DNA of 44,301 nt. Source: a virus (Duplodnaviria; Caudoviricetes). Positions 8,298 to 17,552 of this stretch are shown in pieces. How positions within the stretch are numbered: position 1 is the first letter of the stretch; every line of letters starts with the position of its first letter. The position numbers and the translations under genes are program-made. Below the pieces are notes generated by a model. The model worked only from the letters and a program-made list of their open reading frames with translations, did not search any database and had not been told where the DNA came from. Location: positions 1 to 44,301 of IMG/VR virus record IMGVR_UViG_3300029224_000129; one strand, written 5' to 3'.

Positions 8298-10184
8298 TCA
8301 TCCAGCCCCCATCATTATCTGACCAGCGTCAACGTCGATGGCCATGTTTTTATTTTTGGATTCCAGACGTTTCACCTTCACGGGTGTGTCGCCTGTAATT
8401 TCAATTTCCAACTTTCCGCCGATGAGTTCGCCAAGGCTTTCACCGCCAAGGCTTCCCATAATTCCGCCGACGATGCCGCCAATCAAAGTGCCGATGCCAG
8501 GAACAACGGAACCGATGGCCGCTCCGACCGCAGCGCCACCCAAACCACCGCCCAACCCGCCAGCGGCCCGCCCTGCACCTTTGCCGTCACCATCGGCCAA
8601 CGCACCAATCAAATCAGGGCCGTACATCAAAGCCGCCAAGGGAGCAAAGGCCCGACCGCCTAATTTGCCAAGCATACGACCGCCTTTTGCAAACATGGCT
8701 GAACCGGGAATTTTAGAGCCGAAACGAGAAAACATTTTCCCCATTCTTGCCAATCGACCAAGTTTGCCGCCGCCTTTACCACCACCCATCGCACCACGGC
8801 CAACGGAACCCCGAGAACGGACTTTGCGGCCTTCGCCGTATTGACCATTGCTACCAACACCACCGCCCGGCCAATTCATCACCATAACAGGCATCGGCCC
8901 TCCGGCCACACCGCCCAACATTGCCCCAGCCCCCTTTTTGCCGCGGCCACCGAAAAGGCTTTTGGCGGCGGAGGCTGTGCGGAGTGCTTTTGAAGCCACA
9001 ATCAGACCGCCAACGGCCAAAGCACCGTAGCCAATCGCTTTCATGGTTTTATCAAGTTTTTCTGGGTCTAAATCAGTGATGGCCTTGGCAAGATCATCAA
9101 TAGGGCCTGATAGTTTGGCATCACCAAATTTACCCCAAGCATTGGATAATGAATTTAATGCCCCTGACATTGTTTCCGCCTGTGTTTTGGCATCTTTGAC
9201 CAAAGCTTCGCGTTTGCCTTTTACGGCCAGTAATTTGTCGAGCATTTCAAAATTTCCCGTTGATTTAAAATCACGGGCAAGAGCATTGATAATTGGCGCG
9301 GCTTCTTGGCTGGTAAACAACTTGCGAAGTTTGACGGCATCACCCTTAGCTTTGGCGACAACTTCTTTCAAGATGCTTGGAACGGCTCGCATTCGTTTAG
9401 GGTCATCTGGATCCATAATTTGAATACCAAGGCCTTTGATTTTTTTACGCACGGAGGAATCCAAAAGCTGATCCATGATGGCCTTGACGGCCGTAGCGCT
9501 TTCTTCAGCAGATTGAACGTTGCTTCTGGCAACTTGAGCCAATGCCATTGCTTCTTTACCAGCCTGAGCACCAGCCCGGCCTGTAATGGAATATGCCCCC
9601 GTGATACGAGGCGCTACCGAGGCAATTTCCTCAAGACGAAGTTTTCCAATTTTCCCCTGTTCGGATAGGGCTGCAAGAAAAGTCATCATTTCATTGTTGG
9701 TATTGATGCCAAGATTTGATTTAGCGTTGGCCACCAGTTGGCCCATAACGGTCGCATTGCCACCAGTTGCGCGCATGGCGATGCCAAGGGTTTCAATTTC
9801 TTCCCGCGTCTGAACAAGAACACCGCTACGATCTTGAACCTCCTTAATGGCTCCCAAAAGCTGGGTTACAGGAAGTCTGACCGTTGGCAGGTTTGCCACA
9901 TCGTACATTGTTCTTTTTAGGTTTTCTGCACCCTCAGCTGATAAATTTGCCGCAACCCGCAGACCCGCAAGTTGATCTTGAAGTTGGGCAATTTTCCGGG
10001 CGGTTCCAAGACCTACGGCACCTGTCGCCAACGCCGTATAGCGATTGCCCAGACGATCAAACCCCTTACTCGCCAAACCTGCGGCACGCCCTAAACCGCG
10101 AAGGTTTCTTGAGCCTGTTCGACCTAGTTTTTTCAGACCGGATGAGAGATTTCCTCTCAGGTTTAAAATGAGGGAGGCTTCCAA
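8298..10184 (-). CDS. Tail tape measure protein
   Basis: 628 aa Ala/Gly-rich helical protein after the chaperone; PVMVMNWP and GAAVGAAIGSVVPGIGT segments. Confidence 0.9.
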   Translation of the reverse strand: MEASLILNLRGNLSSGLKKLGRTGSRNLRGLGRAAGLASKGFDRLGNRYTALATGAVGLGTARKIAQLQDQLAGLRVAANLSAEGAENLKRTMYDVANLPTVRLPVTQLLGAIKEVQDRSGVLVQTREEIETLGIAMRATGGNATVMGQLVANAKSNLGINTNNEMMTFLAALSEQGKIGKLRLEEIASVAPRITGAYSITGRAGAQAGKEAMALAQVARSNVQSAEESATAVKAIMDQLLDSSVRKKIKGLGIQIMDPDDPKRMRAVPSILKEVVAKAKGDAVKLRKLFTSQEAAPIINALARDFKSTGNFEMLDKLLAVKGKREALVKDAKTQAETMSGALNSLSNAWGKFGDAKLSGPIDDLAKAITDLDPEKLDKTMKAIGYGALAVGGLIVASKALRTASAAKSLFGGRGKKGAGAMLGGVAGGPMPVMVMNWPGGGVGSNGQYGEGRKVRSRGSVGRGAMGGGKGGGKLGRLARMGKMFSRFGSKIPGSAMFAKGGRMLGKLGGRAFAPLAALMYGPDLIGALADGDGKGAGRAAGGLGGGLGGAAVGAAIGSVVPGIGTLIGGIVGGIMGSLGGESLGELIGGKLEIEITGDTPVKVKRLESKNKNMAIDVDAGQIMMGAG

Positions 10185-10185
10185 T

Positions 10186-10332
10186 TTAATTCTCCGCAGA
10201 AAGTCGCTTTAAAATTATGTAAACACGCGTCAAGGGCAGAGCCTTGATTTCCGTTAAGGTCCATCCCAGCCGGACAGAAAGAGCGATAACCGCGTCACTG
10301 ATATCACTCAGGTGACGCTGGAGTTCGCCCCC
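10186..10332 (-). CDS. Frameshift extension of the tail assembly chaperone (GpE'/Mu gp41.5-like), not in the ORF track
   Basis: -2 frame from slippery GGGGGCGA (10325-10332): GELQRHLSDISDAVIALSVRLGWTLTEIKALPLTRVYIILKRLSAEN*. Confidence 0.8.
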   Translation of the reverse strand, partial: GGELQRHLSDISDAVIALSVRLGWTLTEIKALPLTRVYIILKRLSAEN

Positions 10333-10666
10333 GCTCTGTGACCGCTTCGGTTGTGGCTTCGTCTAACCCTTCGGAGGCGTTGATGAGCAAGTTCATATCG
10401 GCGGTGCTCAGCATCCTCATTTCTTCCATCGTCAAGGGGCCGGGGTAATCCCCGATTTTAGAAATCTGGCGCCGTAAGCTTTCCAACGTCAAAAGGGCCG
10501 GGCTGGAAATCAGAACGTAATTGCCACTGGGAACCAAAACAGCCCGTTCAGAGGCCGTTTCAGCATCCAGCATATCGCCAACACTCATGCCCCGAAGAAC
10601 GGCGAGTTTGTGAGTGGTTTCGCCAATCTTCAAACCATTTTCAAGTGAGATTTCAATATCAGCCAC
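10304..10666 (-). CDS. Tail assembly chaperone (Mu gp41-like)
   Basis: Between tube and TMP; L..GL.IG, LR...GD.LDA, L...D..L patterns; slippery site near the 3' end. Confidence 0.85.
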   Translation of the reverse strand: MADIEISLENGLKIGETTHKLAVLRGMSVGDMLDAETASERAVLVPSGNYVLISSPALLTLESLRRQISKIGDYPGPLTMEEMRMLSTADMNLLINASEGLDEATTEAVTERGRTPASPE

Positions 10667-11033
10667 TGGTCATTTCCTCCATCTCGGGGCCATAGAATTC
10701 AAGCTCAATTTGATCTGAGCCGAGAGGCGGTACTTTGGTCACTGTGTAATGTGAACCGACATAAGATTGGCCAGTGTCTAACTCAGCAAGAATCGTGACA
10801 TCGCGCCAAGTCTTAATCACCTCGGTGCTATCGCCAACACCCCAGTCAATTTTGCACTTCACACGGCCGGGGTTTTGTTTTTCGGACCAATGTCCCGGAT
10901 GATTGCCATTATCTTTTTCATTAATTTCAAAGCCACCGGTATCGATTTCAGCATCGGGATAGCTTTCAATAACATCGCCATCAACCTTGATGGTAATTAT
11001 GCCAGTCTTTTGGTTTGGGTTTCCGGTACTCAT
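10659..11033 (-). CDS. Tail tube protein (Mu gpM)
   Basis: 124 aa after the sheath; G...IKVDG, ELDTG..Y, LEF.G motifs. Confidence 0.88.
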   Translation of the reverse strand: MSTGNPNQKTGIITIKVDGDVIESYPDAEIDTGGFEINEKDNGNHPGHWSEKQNPGRVKCKIDWGVGDSTEVIKTWRDVTILAELDTGQSYVGSHYTVTKVPPLGSDQIELEFYGPEMEEMTSG

Positions 11034-11047
11034 AATTCATAGTCTCC

Positions 11048-12517
11048 TTAAGAACGGTATTGCAATTTGCCCGCAAAAATGCGGAAGCCGTCAACGGGGT
11101 TTGGCGGAATAATGGCGTTGGCACGTTCGGTATCGTTTTGATCGCGTTCAAGCAACAAGTCGCGTTTAAATTTCGGAAAGTCTTCTGCCAAGCCTGCCAA
11201 TTCCCAATCTTTGAACAAACTAATTAACTCGGCGCGAAGAACGCTGGGGGTCACGATGGCTTGGCCCTTACCGTACTGGGTGCCGTCATTGGCTAACTTA
11301 TGCCGTGGATATTTGGATAGGATGCGGGCTTGGGTTGAATAACGAAAGTATATGAGTGTCGCTAAGCGTTCGACATCCAAATAAGACGGATCATCAACAC
11401 CGTTCACATTGGTTTCATAAGTTGTGATGGCGCGTTCAATCAGAACCCGGCCACCATCATCAACTCTGAAGGTTGCAATGCCGTCATACAGCAACAGATT
11501 GCGTTCTTCCAAAGTGAAGCGATCAGCATCGGTCGGGGGCAACACACCCAAGGGCAAAGTTTGCAAAGGCCGTGCGGGATCAATATGCAGATTGTATTCC
11601 GCAACCCCCGCATAAGCCGCCGCCCATGCCCAAGGCGTCGATGGGCTGCCCGTGGAACACATGATGGATAGGAGTGGTGAATTGCGGGAATTGCCCAAGG
11701 TGGTCAATGTTGCATGAGAACCTGTGGCGGCGGTATAAGCCTGACCGTCCATCATCATCATGGGACCAAAACGTTCGGTCAGTTCGGCTTCTAACAAATC
11801 CAAATTCGCCGCGTCGGTATAAGGCATGGCGATAGAGGTGTACCAAGTATCCCCAAAAGCCGCGATGGCATCGGTCAAATCTGGATTGGCCGTACCGCCT
11901 GTCATGGCGACGAAAGTGGCCGTCAAACCCGCTGGCAAAGCTTCGCCAAAATTATAGTTCACACGCAGATCGATATCGTTGCCGGCAACGCCTTTGTTGC
12001 GTGCCGTGATATTGACTTTTTCTGGCGTTACACCATCAACGGCGGCGGTCACCTCTAAGTCTGTTGTGGCGGTAATTGCGGCGACAGTGGCGGTTGCAAT
12101 TGCGGCGGGTGCATCCCCCACAGCCACGCCCACGCGGATCCGCTCGCCCGCAAGATGAAGGTTGATTGTACCAGCACTGGTAACCGCACCGCCAAAAGTG
12201 ACAGAACCAGAGGCGGCATTGGCCGCGCCATCATCATCAAGGGCGATGGCGTAAGTTTCGGTCCATTTGTTCTTGGCCTTTAGGGCCTTGAACATCAAAT
12301 GCAACATTGAGCCGCGACCGAAGGCCGTTTCCGCCGCCGCCTCATCAAGAATTTTGACGGGCGTATTGGCTACCACCATACCCGTGGGCAATTTTTGGCC
12401 CAAGACCAAAATACGAGACGGCTTGCCGGGCAGGCCCCGGTTGGCCATGGTGTTATCCATTTCAATGTATGCACCCGGCACACGAAGATTAATGGGGATC
12501 TCGTTAAAGCTGATCAT
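11048..12517 (-). CDS. Tail sheath protein (Mu gpL)
   Basis: MISFNEIP.NLRVPG.YIE.DN, FGRGSML, DPARPLQTL, ERN.LL.DGI, YPRHKLA.DG. Confidence 0.96.
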   Translation of the reverse strand: MISFNEIPINLRVPGAYIEMDNTMANRGLPGKPSRILVLGQKLPTGMVVANTPVKILDEAAAETAFGRGSMLHLMFKALKAKNKWTETYAIALDDDGAANAASGSVTFGGAVTSAGTINLHLAGERIRVGVAVGDAPAAIATATVAAITATTDLEVTAAVDGVTPEKVNITARNKGVAGNDIDLRVNYNFGEALPAGLTATFVAMTGGTANPDLTDAIAAFGDTWYTSIAMPYTDAANLDLLEAELTERFGPMMMMDGQAYTAATGSHATLTTLGNSRNSPLLSIMCSTGSPSTPWAWAAAYAGVAEYNLHIDPARPLQTLPLGVLPPTDADRFTLEERNLLLYDGIATFRVDDGGRVLIERAITTYETNVNGVDDPSYLDVERLATLIYFRYSTQARILSKYPRHKLANDGTQYGKGQAIVTPSVLRAELISLFKDWELAGLAEDFPKFKRDLLLERDQNDTERANAIIPPNPVDGFRIFAGKLQYRS

Positions 12518-12520
12518 GGC

Positions 12521-12787
12521 TTAAGATTCCTTCTTTTTTGATTTAGGCTTGGGTTTTGCATCACCAGAAGTCTGCACGTCTTCAGATTTAGGCGGCTCTA
12601 TTTGTGCAACATCGTCACCCTGTACTTTTTCAGTTTTAGGTGCCGTGGCCTTAACGACATCACCATCTTTCAGGCGACGTGTCCAAAATGGACTCATGGG
12701 AACGTTGGCTCCCTCTTCGGGTAAATATCCGCCCTTTGGATTGCGGACCTTTAGACCCGCTTTAGGCTTTAAATATTGTTTGTTCAT
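12521..12787 (-). CDS. DUF2635 family protein (Mu gp38-like)
   Basis: KP..GLKVR.P, LP.EG..V, FW.RRL.DGDV. Confidence 0.88.
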   Translation of the reverse strand: MNKQYLKPKAGLKVRNPKGGYLPEEGANVPMSPFWTRRLKDGDVVKATAPKTEKVQGDDVAQIEPPKSEDVQTSGDAKPKPKSKKKES

Positions 12788-13356
12788 GGGGCAGTCTCCA
12801 AGGTTAGGTCGTTGGTGGCATCAATGGTGCCGTGCGGTGGGATATCCCACTCTGAATGAAACTTTGAAAAGTTATCAAGGCCGCTGGCCGCGACATAGTG
12901 TTCGGCTTCATCAAATGTGGTGTGAAGTTCCAAGGCATAGATGCTGGCACTGGACGTTTGCACCATGGATCGAACGGCACCCGGTTTGATTTTTGAGATC
13001 TCAAGGCCAAAGGTTTCGCGAACACATAGACCACTCACATCTTTGAGCATTTGCAAAGTGCCAACTTTTCCCGCAACGCCTTTTTTAGATGTCTCTCCGT
13101 TGCGGCGGTTTTGTTGACAGACAAAGACCGTAAATGTTGGGCTGTGGCGATACTTTCCCCCACCGACCTGTTCGGGCTTTGGTTTCCCCGCAAAGGTCAC
13201 CAGCACGGCCGGGAATGTTTTAACGACACGTCGATAGTCATCGTTTCCGAGCTGGCCGCTATAAACTTCAAGCGACTTCGGTTTCCAAGCGATCGCGCCG
13301 CTTTCCGCTGCGGCTTTGATGCGGGCGAGGATGGCGTCTTCGATCAGGCTGATCAT
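12784..13356 (-). CDS. Tail terminator-like protein (Mu gp37, DUF1834)
   Basis: MIS.IEDAI.ARI, FPAVLV.F.G; synteny. Confidence 0.85.
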   Translation of the reverse strand: MISLIEDAILARIKAAAESGAIAWKPKSLEVYSGQLGNDDYRRVVKTFPAVLVTFAGKPKPEQVGGGKYRHSPTFTVFVCQQNRRNGETSKKGVAGKVGTLQMLKDVSGLCVRETFGLEISKIKPGAVRSMVQTSSASIYALELHTTFDEAEHYVAASGLDNFSKFHSEWDIPPHGTIDATNDLTLETAP

Positions 13357-13805
13357 TGAAAGAGCCCTCCGTAAAAATCATCTACGATGTGGCCGATTTC
13401 GGTTTTGTCATCGGTGGAAAGACCAAGAAACGGCCGGGCGGGAATGGTGACGGCCCTTCCACGCCCGGCCTGACCACCGTTTTGGTGGATGGCGGCGTAG
13501 ATCATATTGGTGCCGACTTCGACGCTGTCGGGGTGGGGTTCATGATGAACAGAGCTCAGCAACAAGCCGCTATCGACCAAAGTCTGGGCGTTACCTTGGG
13601 CCTTGGCCACACGGCCGGAGACTTTCCAAGTTTTGCCTTCGGGATCGACGCCCTTTTCAAAGCGGTCTTGCGTAGACGCCACCAGCATCGCGCCAATATC
13701 ATCCATCAACGGCGTCAGGTCGGTCACCCGAGCGGCATAGCGATCAAGCTTGACACCAATTTTGCCAAGTTCAGAACTATCTACCTGAAGGATGGAGCCG
13801 GTCAT
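13353..13805 (-). CDS. Virion morphogenesis / tail completion protein (Mu gpG-like)
   Basis: RFE...DP.G..W, L.DSG.L..S, VGTN..YAAIHQ.GG, IPARPFLG. Confidence 0.9.
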   Translation of the reverse strand: MTGSILQVDSSELGKIGVKLDRYAARVTDLTPLMDDIGAMLVASTQDRFEKGVDPEGKTWKVSGRVAKAQGNAQTLVDSGLLLSSVHHEPHPDSVEVGTNMIYAAIHQNGGQAGRGRAVTIPARPFLGLSTDDKTEIGHIVDDFYGGLFQ

Positions 13806-13806
13806 A

Positions 13807-14232
13807 TTAAAAGCCCCCCATCGTATCTTTATTGAAAACTTGAGCGCCGCTGTTGAGCACTGGAGCACCCGTGGTATCGGCAGCGGATTCAACACCCGCA
13901 ACTTCGAGCTTGGCCGTGCCGTTGGAAATATCGCGAAGCATACGCATCGCGTCTTTATCGTCGTTGATCACTTCATCCAGTGGGGCATCGGCATAGAGTT
14001 TTTTGCGGGCAATGGTACAAGAAATGCCGACTAGAATTTCAGGTACGCTCGAAAGCGGAAGTTTGTAACGTGCACCAAGATAGCTGTCGATAATGGCATC
14101 CGCATCGGCAATACGCTTTGAGACCACGGTCGCATCGATCGCGCCCGTTGGCGGATCCGCGCGATCGGTCAGTTCGATGAGTTCTTGCTCACCGTACCGG
14201 TCAATCAAATCTTGTTGGGTTGCGTAGCTCAT
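13807..14232 (-). CDS. Head-tail connector Mu gp36 (DUF1320)
   Basis: MSYAT.QDL..RYG..EL..LTD, IDSYL..RY.LPL. Confidence 0.92.
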   Translation of the reverse strand: MSYATQQDLIDRYGEQELIELTDRADPPTGAIDATVVSKRIADADAIIDSYLGARYKLPLSSVPEILVGISCTIARKKLYADAPLDEVINDDKDAMRMLRDISNGTAKLEVAGVESAADTTGAPVLNSGAQVFNKDTMGGF

Positions 14233-14255
14233 AAACGGATCCTTGAAAAATGAAG

Positions 14256-14291
14256 CCCTCAAAGGCGGCTGGAACGAGGCCGCCCCGAGGG
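14256..14291 (-). terminator. Putative intrinsic terminator/attenuator after the head operon
   Basis: CCCTC..GGCGGC / GCCGCC..GAGGG inverted repeat followed on the minus strand by TTCATTTTT. Confidence 0.5.
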
Positions 14292-14358
14292 ACTTAAAGT
14301 TTATGCCTTAGATAGATTTGCTTCACCGTCCTGAAACAAACCCGGCAATCGCTGTGGT

Positions 14359-14817
14359 TTACGTCTTCGCGGCGGCTTTCTTGTGGGCCGCTTTGAGTTC
14401 TTTGTTAAGCGTGGCAATTGCCTTGTCGGCCGCCGTCACTTTGGCTTCAGCAGCGGTCGCCCGCTTTTCAGCATCAGCAACTTTAGCCTCGGCATCCGTT
14501 GCCCGTTTTTCAGCATCAGCAACTTTATCTTCGGCATCCGTTGCACGCCGTTCAGCATGAGCGGTTTTTGCTTCGGCATCCGTTGCCCGCTTTTCAGCAG
14601 CAGTTACCTTTTGAACAGAAGCATCGGCGGTGGCCTCTGCATCAGCCGTTGCATTTTCGTCAACGAAGACGACGATCAGGTTGGGCTCAGCTTCGAGCTC
14701 TTTCATTTGATCAGCGTCGAAATCATCAAGGTCATAGTCTGTCGCCTCAGCTGGGTGAGCCACGCCACAACGGCGGAACCCATCAACCTTGGAAACGATG
14801 CGAATTTTCTTAGCCAT
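14359..14817 (-). CDS. HI1506/FluMu gp35-like protein with coiled-coil repeats
   Basis: GFRRCG.AH, F...Q...L.AEP.L.V N-terminal domain after the capsid gene. Confidence 0.82.
   Translation of the reverse strand: MAKKIRIVSKVDGFRRCGVAHPAEATDYDLDDFDADQMKELEAEPNLIVVFVDENATADAEATADASVQKVTAAEKRATDAEAKTAHAERRATDAEDKVADAEKRATDAEAKVADAEKRATAAEAKVTAADKAIATLNKELKAAHKKAAAKT
14422..14610 (-). repeat. About 4.5 tandem 42-bp (14-aa) repeats
   Basis: KVTAAEKRATDAEA/KTAHAERRATDAED/KVADAEKRATDAEA/KVADAEKRATAAEA/KVTAADK. Confidence 0.9.
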
Positions 14818-14866
14818 GATTTAGGTGTTCTTTCAAACTTGAGGTTAGGTCAGGGTTTAGCCAGGC

Positions 14867-15913
14867 TTAAGCAAGCCAAGGAACAACGACGACTTCGGCG
14901 GTGCCATACCAAGGGTTATCACCGCCACCAGCGAGTTCTTTTGCACCGATAATTTTACGGGCGGCTTCTTCGTTGGTAGGCCCAACAACCAATTTGCGCG
15001 GCATCAAGCCAAGAGGACGACCGTGATCACCCTTCATGCCAATCAATGATGTGCGGGCTGTGGCATAATGAGCAGCATCCAAGGTTTGCTTGGAACCCCA
15101 AGAGAACTGCCACAAACCAAAGCCGACATTGCACCGACTATCGACGCCGTAAATGAATTCTTTCTTTTTGAAGACTTCTGTATCATCTGGGCTGTCCAAG
15201 GCCACAAATTCAACGGCTTGCCGAGATTGGAAAATGATGGGTTTAAGCGCCCGGCTATCGTCAATCAGGAACCAAGGTTCATTGGCACCGCCATCTGTGT
15301 TGGCCACCGAGATTTCGTCGCCATTTTCATCAAGCACCACATGATCAGTGTCGAAAAAATACTGGCCATCATAACAAGTTTCCGAGAAACCCTGCTTGAG
15401 CAAAGCCCAGACCAATTCATCGGGGTGCGCGGCAGCGGACTGACCAAGATGTGTAAACATTGGCGAATAAATGCCAAGATTATCATCTTGAATGTCGTTT
15501 TTGCCGACCGTAACGGTGAGTTCAAAGTCTTTGTTCTTGATGGAATAGCCATGCGTTTTCAAACCATGAATAACGCGATCGCCCAGCCATTCTCGCATGC
15601 CGGGGAAATTGCCAAGCCAGCCATATTCTTCGGCACTGTTGGTACTGGTCACCACGGTGGCGACTTGTGTGTACATGGGCTTGGCCTGCCCAAAGGCAGA
15701 TTTGAATAAAGCTTTGAAGCCTGTACCCAAAGTCACAAGGTTGGCACGATTAACGATCACACCAGCCCCGACAAACAAAGCGACGGCATCTTGGGAAAAA
15801 TTGAGCCCATTAAACGCGGTGTGGGCGGCGGCGGGTGCGGAGCCGATCACCGCCATGCCCATTGAGGCGAGGGCGACTAAGGCGACCGAGGATAGAATGT
15901 GAAACTTCTTCAT
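14867..15913 (-). CDS. Major capsid protein (Mu gpT family) with a 51-aa N-terminal extension
   Basis: YGWLG.FP.MREWLGDR, Y.IKNK.FE.TV, CYDGQ.FFDTDH, KP.IFQ.R, YGVD.R.N.GFG.WQ. Confidence 0.95.
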   Translation of the reverse strand: MKKFHILSSVALVALASMGMAVIGSAPAAAHTAFNGLNFSQDAVALFVGAGVIVNRANLVTLGTGFKALFKSAFGQAKPMYTQVATVVTSTNSAEEYGWLGNFPGMREWLGDRVIHGLKTHGYSIKNKDFELTVTVGKNDIQDDNLGIYSPMFTHLGQSAAAHPDELVWALLKQGFSETCYDGQYFFDTDHVVLDENGDEISVANTDGGANEPWFLIDDSRALKPIIFQSRQAVEFVALDSPDDTEVFKKKEFIYGVDSRCNVGFGLWQFSWGSKQTLDAAHYATARTSLIGMKGDHGRPLGLMPRKLVVGPTNEEAARKIIGAKELAGGGDNPWYGTAEVVVVPWLA

Positions 15914-15960
15914 AATGAAATATCTCTCTTTAAGAGGTTGTTGATTAAGCCGATCTGGGC

Positions 15961-16371
15961 CTATCCGATTGTCACCCAGACGCCTTGGGCATCCACTTCA
16001 AACACTTTGCCCGCGATGGAACGCGTGCCTGTGCCGTCAGTTTTGGCGACCGTTTGGTCATCGACGATGTAGCAATCATTGCCAGTGTCAGCGGCGGCGA
16101 TCAGGTCACCCGCTGCGGAATTGGCAAAACGGAATGTGCCTTTTTTGGTGCGCACGGTTAGGTCGTCGTCGGCACCAGATGAATTGTCGACGGATTCCTC
16201 GGCGCGGCCGATAGCTGTCAATGTGGTGGAAACGGCACCGGGTGTGGCCTTGCCTGTAGCACTAAGGCATACAAGGCTTCCTGCATGAATGACCTTAGCG
16301 GCGGCAACGCCGGGGTCACGGGTAACGCCTTCTTTTTCCGGCGTAGCGCGATCTTGTGTAAGAGCGGTCAT
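15961..16371 (-). CDS. Putative capsid decoration/cement protein
   Basis: MTALTQDR.TP, G.F.FANS, CYIVDDQTVAKT.G...RS.AG; between protease and capsid. Confidence 0.75.
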   Translation of the reverse strand: MTALTQDRATPEKEGVTRDPGVAAAKVIHAGSLVCLSATGKATPGAVSTTLTAIGRAEESVDNSSGADDDLTVRTKKGTFRFANSAAGDLIAAADTGNDCYIVDDQTVAKTDGTGTRSIAGKVFEVDAQGVWVTIG

Positions 16372-17453
16372 TATTGAGCTCCTTCATTTTTGGTTGCGAG
16401 GAAGTCTTCTTCGCTGACGTTCAAAGCCGACGCCATGGCTTTTTCGTCATCGGTCAACTTGGTGGCCAAGGTTTTCGTGTCACCTTGGTTTGCACTTGCG
16501 GCTGGATCAACGATTTGCGGGGCGATTTCAACGAAGTCGTTAAACGCCTTCAAGTCTTTGGTGGCGTAAGCAATAGCCCAATCTTTTTGAGCGGGGGTAA
16601 CCTTGCCGCTGGCCATGGCTTTTTCAACAGCATCATCGGCTTTATCAACAGCCGTTGAGTCTTGCAGAGTTTTAAAGTCTTTTGCCAAAGCTTGATGAGT
16701 TGCCATATCGACAAATTCATCGGCAGCGGGTTTTTTGACGGCTTGCAAACCAGTGATGGCCGAGCTGATATCATCAGCCGAGGCATTGCCTGCTAAGTCC
16801 AAGGCAGAACAAGTGACGGCATTTAAGGCCGTTGCTTCTTCGGCGGTTGCGGCAGCGGCGGCTTGTTTTGTCGCCATCGCCATGATTTGCTCGACTGTTG
16901 CGTCCTCGGACAAGCCGAGTTGCTTCGCCAGAGCCTTCCGTTCTTCTTCTGTCATGGTTAGATTTCCTGTTTCTTGGGTTTTCGCCAGAGCGGGAAGCTC
17001 GTGGATCGCGGGATTGTTGGTGAGGGCAGCGCGCATGATGCGAACAACTTCACCAGCTTTGTTGTGCATAAATGTGGGGCTGAGGTAGCGATATTCTTTG
17101 GCCTTCAAATAGGCAGAGGCTTTGGCCGTCCATTCAACGAGGCCATAAATGCCATCGGTGCGGACTTCCATTTTCTTAATCCAACCCGCAGCGGGTGCAG
17201 GGCGACCGTTGGTTTTGGCTAAATCGGTCTGGTGCTCATAATCAACAACGTGGTCAATGATGTCCTGACTGGCTTTAACAACTTGCTCTGGATTTGCGTT
17301 GCTCCATGAACGCCCATCTCCAGCAACGATGTTGCCAAGCGGCATCAGTTTCACCCATTTAGGTGCCCCGTCTGGAATTTCGCTGGCACAAATCGCCATC
17401 TCTTGATCAGAGATATCGTCGGCACTGGCAGTGGCAAGGAAAAGTCGTTCCAT
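16371..17453 (-). CDS. Prohead protease/scaffold (Mu gpI)
   Basis: VDYEHQT, PAPAAGWI, VEWT..A...L...EYRYLSP.F, ALTN.PA; Ala-rich scaffold C-terminus. Confidence 0.94.
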   Translation of the reverse strand: MERLFLATASADDISDQEMAICASEIPDGAPKWVKLMPLGNIVAGDGRSWSNANPEQVVKASQDIIDHVVDYEHQTDLAKTNGRPAPAAGWIKKMEVRTDGIYGLVEWTAKASAYLKAKEYRYLSPTFMHNKAGEVVRIMRAALTNNPAIHELPALAKTQETGNLTMTEEERKALAKQLGLSEDATVEQIMAMATKQAAAAATAEEATALNAVTCSALDLAGNASADDISSAITGLQAVKKPAADEFVDMATHQALAKDFKTLQDSTAVDKADDAVEKAMASGKVTPAQKDWAIAYATKDLKAFNDFVEIAPQIVDPAASANQGDTKTLATKLTDDEKAMASALNVSEEDFLATKNEGAQ

Positions 17454-17504
17454 AAAAACTCCAAAGGCAAAAATGCAGAAACCTTGTTCATCGCTAAGGT
17501 CTGC

Positions 17505-17552
17505 ATCATGACAATTGGAGGATATGGAAATAAGGGCGCAACGTTGCGCCCG
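17505..17552 (-). promoter_or_regulatory. Late promoter of the head operon: palindromic activator box plus -10
   Basis: GGGCGCAACGTTGCGCCC at 17534-17551, 23 nt gap, CATGAT at 17510-17505; same layout at 24837-24884. Confidence 0.8.

Noticed and set aside
7810-8301. 163-aa minus-strand ORF co-oriented with the tail operon
   Set aside because: The plus-strand ORF has an RBS and lipobox; this one looks like its shadow
14422-14610. CRISPR-like array
   Set aside because: In-frame degenerate coding repeats without unique spacers; no cas genes
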